From the NCBI GenBank assembly GCA_000004985.1, contig GG739503.1: a stretch of 1,205 nucleotides of DNA; one strand, written 5' to 3'. The number at the start of each line of letters is the position of its first letter. Position 1 is the stretch's first letter. Both the position numbers and the translations under genes were made by a program. Positions 1 through 1,205 of the stretch are shown here, one piece after another. This stretch comes from Naegleria gruberi (taxonomy: Eukaryota). The notes below the pieces were generated by a model that was not told the DNA's origin, ran no database searches, and saw only the letters and a program-made list of their open reading frames with translations.

Positions 1-342
1 TTAAATATTTATCAATTTAATTATTAAAGTTAAGTTAAATATTAAAACCACATTAAAAAACAACCTACCAGTTAGCAACAAAAAGTTAATTTCATCAAAC
101 GAAAACAAATCAATACATTTTAAATTTTTCAATTTGATCAAATAATTATCCACAACTTTTGTTAATTGATTATTATCGACCGAGACATGAATGAAATACT
201 TGGATTTTTTCTCTACTAAATAACACCAAATCCAGTCGGAGAAGATATTTGAAACCAATCTCATAGGAAACAAGTAATCTTCATCTAGAAAACACAACAA
301 GTGATCCCTACACAATTCGAAAGGCAAATCTTGTAGCTTCAT
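1..342 (-). CDS. Small F-box-motif protein (hypothetical, 113 codons as an open frame; the true C-terminus is uncertain)
   Basis: The minus-strand ORF has a genuine ATG (plus 340-342 = cat) in the context ataaaaaaaATG, with A at -3. It is the first ATG after an in-frame stop at 388-390, and it ends with TAA at 1-3. Residues 3-39, LQDLPFELCRDHLLCFLDEDYLFPMRLVSNIFSDWIW, fit the F-box consensus (L..LP.EL....L..LD...L...RLVS..F..W.W; Pfam F-box and F-box-like type). These correspond to plus ~226-336. The first ~55 codons use TTG-dominated, yeast-like codons (ttg x6, aga, gat, gaa). The last ~20-55 codons are extremely AT-rich: positions 1-60 are about 10% GC, translating to FFNVVLIFNLTLIIKLINI*. 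That looks like 3' UTR rather than coding sequence. Confidence 0.5.
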   Translation of the reverse strand: MKLQDLPFELCRDHLLCFLDEDYLFPMRLVSNIFSDWIWCYLVEKKSKYFIHVSVDNNQLTKVVDNYLIKLKNLKCIDLFSFDEINFLLLTGRLFFNVVLIFNLTLIIKLINI

Positions 343-495
343 TTTTTTATGTTTTAATTCTGAGAATTGATGATCCCGTTGATATGATCACCATCACGAT
401 GTGATTTGTTTCCTAACCGGAACGAAATTCTAATGATGTTCACTGAACTATTTAAGGTGAATGTAACATTTTTTCTCAATTTTTTTGAAATTATT

Positions 496-652
496 GGAGG
501 GAAAGAAGTAAGGGGAAAGTTTAATTGAACCGAATTCATAATGGAATATGGAGCTAAAAATTGCAAATTGTGATGGTAATCCAAACACTGGAAAGAAGAA
601 TTTGTGGGAATCGGAAAGGTTGAAAACACAATAATTATTCTGAGAAGGAAAG
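496..652 (+). repeat. Oriented cluster of GGAAAG motifs plus a 24-nt polypurine tract in the F-box gene's upstream region
   Basis: GGAAAG occurs on the plus strand at 500-505, 514-519, 590-595, 613-618 and 647-652. The extended 9-mer GGAAAGAAG occurs twice (500-508 and 590-598, exactly 90 bp apart). Positions 496-519, ggagggaaagaagTaaggggaaag, are purine-only except for one T. On the gene strand (minus) this reads as a CTTTCC / polypyrimidine tract. Confidence 0.4.
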
Positions 653-653
653 T

Positions 654-659
654 TTTATT
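654..659 (-). terminator. Candidate polyadenylation/positioning hexamer AATAAA for the LSG1-like transcript
   Basis: Plus 654-659 is tttatt, which reads AATAAA on the gene strand (within gtagtAATAAAac). It sits 104 nt downstream of the TAA at 763-765, which is a plausible 3'-UTR length for a yeast-type gene. A single hexamer in 30% GC DNA is weak evidence. Confidence 0.3.
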
Positions 660-762
660 ACTACAATGGGCTCGTTTCAAATATTTAACAACGAAAATGA
701 AAAAACCAAAATAGCTTGGTTTGTGCAATGCACATTATGAAAATTTTCTTGATAATCTTAAT

Positions 763-1205
763 TTATTCTTCATGCAAAGCAAAAGTATCTCGTTCTAACT
801 CTCTAATGTAATCGAAATCACTAGCTTGTGGTTGCTTTTTGTTTTTCTTTTTAGTATCCTTATTTGATTGTTGAGATGATGCACTTGGTATTATTGACTC
901 CTTTTTATCTTCTGTTGGTTTAACCTTAACACTTGGAGGATCAAAAGCAAGAATCAATGCAACATCGTCACCTTTAAGAACACGTCTCAAAAGTTCGTTT
1001 GCAGCTCTGTAAACGTCTGGTCTTGCATTCTTCTTTGTCATGTAGCCTCTCTTTCTTGCGTATGCTTCTGAAAGAGTCCAAGCTGACCATGAAATGTCAT
1101 TTTCCAAATCGTATTCATCTTGTTTCAATTTTAAGAGCTTTACCAAGTCAACTCTTTCTGCTAAATATCTTACAATACTGTATGGATCTCTAACTTGACT
1201 GATTG
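763..1205 (-). CDS. LSG1: 3' part (C-terminal ~147 codons, 5'-truncated by the window edge) of an LSG1-like large-subunit GTPase; the N-terminus and GTPase domain lie beyond position 1205
   Basis: Translating the minus strand by hand, the reading frame stays open from 1205 through the track's start at 1146, so the gene runs off the window. The codon at 1144-1146 is TTG, not ATG. The stop is TAA at 763-765. The translation ...ISQVRDPYSIVRYLAERVDLVKLLKLKQDEYDLENDISWSAWTLSEAYARKRGYMTKKNARPDVYRAANELLRRVLKGDDVALILAFDPPS... matches the C-terminal block RGY-T-K-AR-DVYRAAN-LLR...G...F-PP that I recall from LSG1 orthologues (human ...RRGYKTAKAARNDVYRAANSLLRLAVDGRL..FHPPGY). A disordered Lys-rich/acidic tail (KDTKKKNKKQPQASDFDYIRELERDTFALHEE*) follows. 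Codon usage (cca gac gtt tac aga gct gca aac gaa ctt ttg aga cgt gtt ctt aaa ggt) is typical of a well-expressed yeast-like gene. Confidence that this is a CDS is about 0.8. Confidence in the LSG1 identity is about 0.55. The GTPase G-motifs that would confirm it are outside the window. Confidence 0.7.
   Translation of the reverse strand, partial: ISQVRDPYSIVRYLAERVDLVKLLKLKQDEYDLENDISWSAWTLSEAYARKRGYMTKKNARPDVYRAANELLRRVLKGDDVALILAFDPPSVKVKPTEDKKESIIPSASSQQSNKDTKKKNKKQPQASDFDYIRELERDTFALHEE

Larger units (their letters stand above)
343..762 (-). promoter_or_regulatory. Intergenic spacer holding the 3' UTR/terminator of the LSG1-like gene (762 towards ~640) and the 5' UTR/promoter of the F-box ORF (343 upward)
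   Basis: The region lies between the TAA at 763-765 and the ATG at 340-342 of two same-strand genes. Its only ORF (354..728, minus) starts with TTG and has an F/I/N/S-rich junk composition. The region contains a purine/pyrimidine tract, repeated GGAAAG motifs, an STRE-like AGGGG (511-515) and TATA-like AT stretches (for example tatttaag at 450-457 and aaatatttaa at 680-689). None of these is individually diagnostic in AT-rich DNA. Confidence 0.45.

Noticed and set aside
345-355. Perfect 11/11 match to the budding-yeast ARS consensus WTTTAYRTTTW (TTTTATGTTTT)
   Set aside because: It abuts the F-box start codon. ACS matches occur by chance every few kb in AT-rich DNA, and only a small minority are origins. 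There are no flanking B-element features I can argue for, and the host may not even use this consensus.
360-446. Possible C/D-box snoRNA on the plus strand: CTGA at 360-363, C-box-like TGATGA at 368-373, C'-like TGATGT at 434-439 and D-box-like CTGA at 443-446
   Set aside because: The C/D spacing (~79 nt) fits the snoRNA size range, but there is no terminal stem pairing the flanks of the C and D boxes. The C'-like box sits 4 nt from the D box rather than flanking a guide region. No D' box lies between. The purine before TGATGA is a T. Such 4-6-mers arise easily by chance here. A search with a snoRNA covariance model would settle it, and I expect a negative result.
421-447. Heat-shock-element-like GAA/TTC words (cGAAatTCtaatgatgTTCactGAAc)
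   Set aside because: The units are not in the contiguous nGAAnnTTCnnGAAn phasing required for HSF binding, so these are just scattered GAA/TTC triplets.
354-728. 124-codon minus-strand ORF filling the intergenic spacer
   Set aside because: Its 'M' is a TTG at 726-728 (caa on the plus strand), which is not a valid start in a eukaryote. The first internal ATG would leave about 60 aa. The translation is F/I/N/S-rich low-complexity sequence typical of translated AT-rich non-coding DNA, with no recognisable motif. It occupies exactly the space where the 3' UTR of the LSG1-like gene and the promoter of the F-box gene must be.
738-748. RRPE-like ribosome-biogenesis promoter motif TGAAAATTTTC
   Set aside because: It lies immediately 3' of the stop codon of the ribosome-biogenesis-type LSG1-like gene, in its 3' UTR, not in its promoter, which is off-window. 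It is also about 400 bp from the F-box ATG. A palindromic A4T4 word is common in 30% GC DNA.
1144-1146. Start codon given by the ORF track for the 763..1146 ORF
   Set aside because: This codon is TTG on the minus strand and the frame remains open through 1205, so it is not the start. The gene continues beyond the window, and the 127-aa product given by the track is only a fragment.
999-1193. 64-codon plus-strand ORF
   Set aside because: It lies entirely inside, and antisense to, the well-supported LSG1-like coding frame. Its peptide (…LVLHSSLSCSLSFLRMLL…) is Leu/Ser-rich with no motif. This is a typical shadow ORF on the opposite strand of a real gene.
1-1205. Prokaryotic reading of the window (operon, defence system, TTG-initiated genes)
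   Set aside because: The two credible genes (an LSG1-type 60S GTPase and an F-box protein) are eukaryote-specific families. Codon bias and ATG context are yeast-like. The extra ORFs that would fill a bacterial operon start with TTG and have junk composition. There are no Shine-Dalgarno-spaced starts, and no CRISPR repeats, IS ends or tRNA. I therefore do not claim any novel multi-gene system here.

Overview
This AT-rich 1.2-kb window reads as eukaryotic nuclear DNA, most consistent with an ascomycete yeast. Basis: both credible ORFs are intron-free over more than 340 nt, codon choice is TTG/AGA/GGT/CCA/GCT-dominated, and the real ATG sits in an A-rich context (ataaaaaaaATG). It is not a prokaryotic locus. 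Two genes lie tail-to-head on the minus strand. (i) 763..>1205 is the 3' end of a gene (C-terminal ~147 codons, TAA stop at 763-765) that runs off the right edge. Its conserved block ...SAWTLSEAYARKRGYMTKKNARPDVYRAANELLRRVLKG...FDPP matches the C-terminal signature I recognise from LSG1 (large-subunit GTPase 1, a circularly permuted YlqF/RbgA-type GTPase). A Lys-rich/acidic low-complexity tail follows it. (ii) 1..342 is a complete 113-codon ORF (genuine ATG at 340-342, TAA at 1-3). Its first ~40 residues form a good F-box motif, but its 3' third has UTR-like composition (about 10% GC in the last 60 nt), so the true C-terminus is uncertain. The 420-bp spacer (343..762) must hold the 3' UTR of the LSG1-like gene, including an AATAAA on the minus strand at 654-659, and the upstream region of the F-box gene. 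That upstream region carries a same-orientation GGAAAG(AAG) purine motif five times and an ATCAC/GTGAT repeat cluster just upstream of the ATG. The 'M' starts the ORF track gives at 1146 and 728 are actually TTG codons. The 763..1146 ORF is simply open further upstream. The 354..728(-) and 999..1193(+) ORFs look spurious. I see no RNA genes, CRISPR, mobile elements or multi-gene novel system. The most unusual element is the minimal F-box-only ORF.
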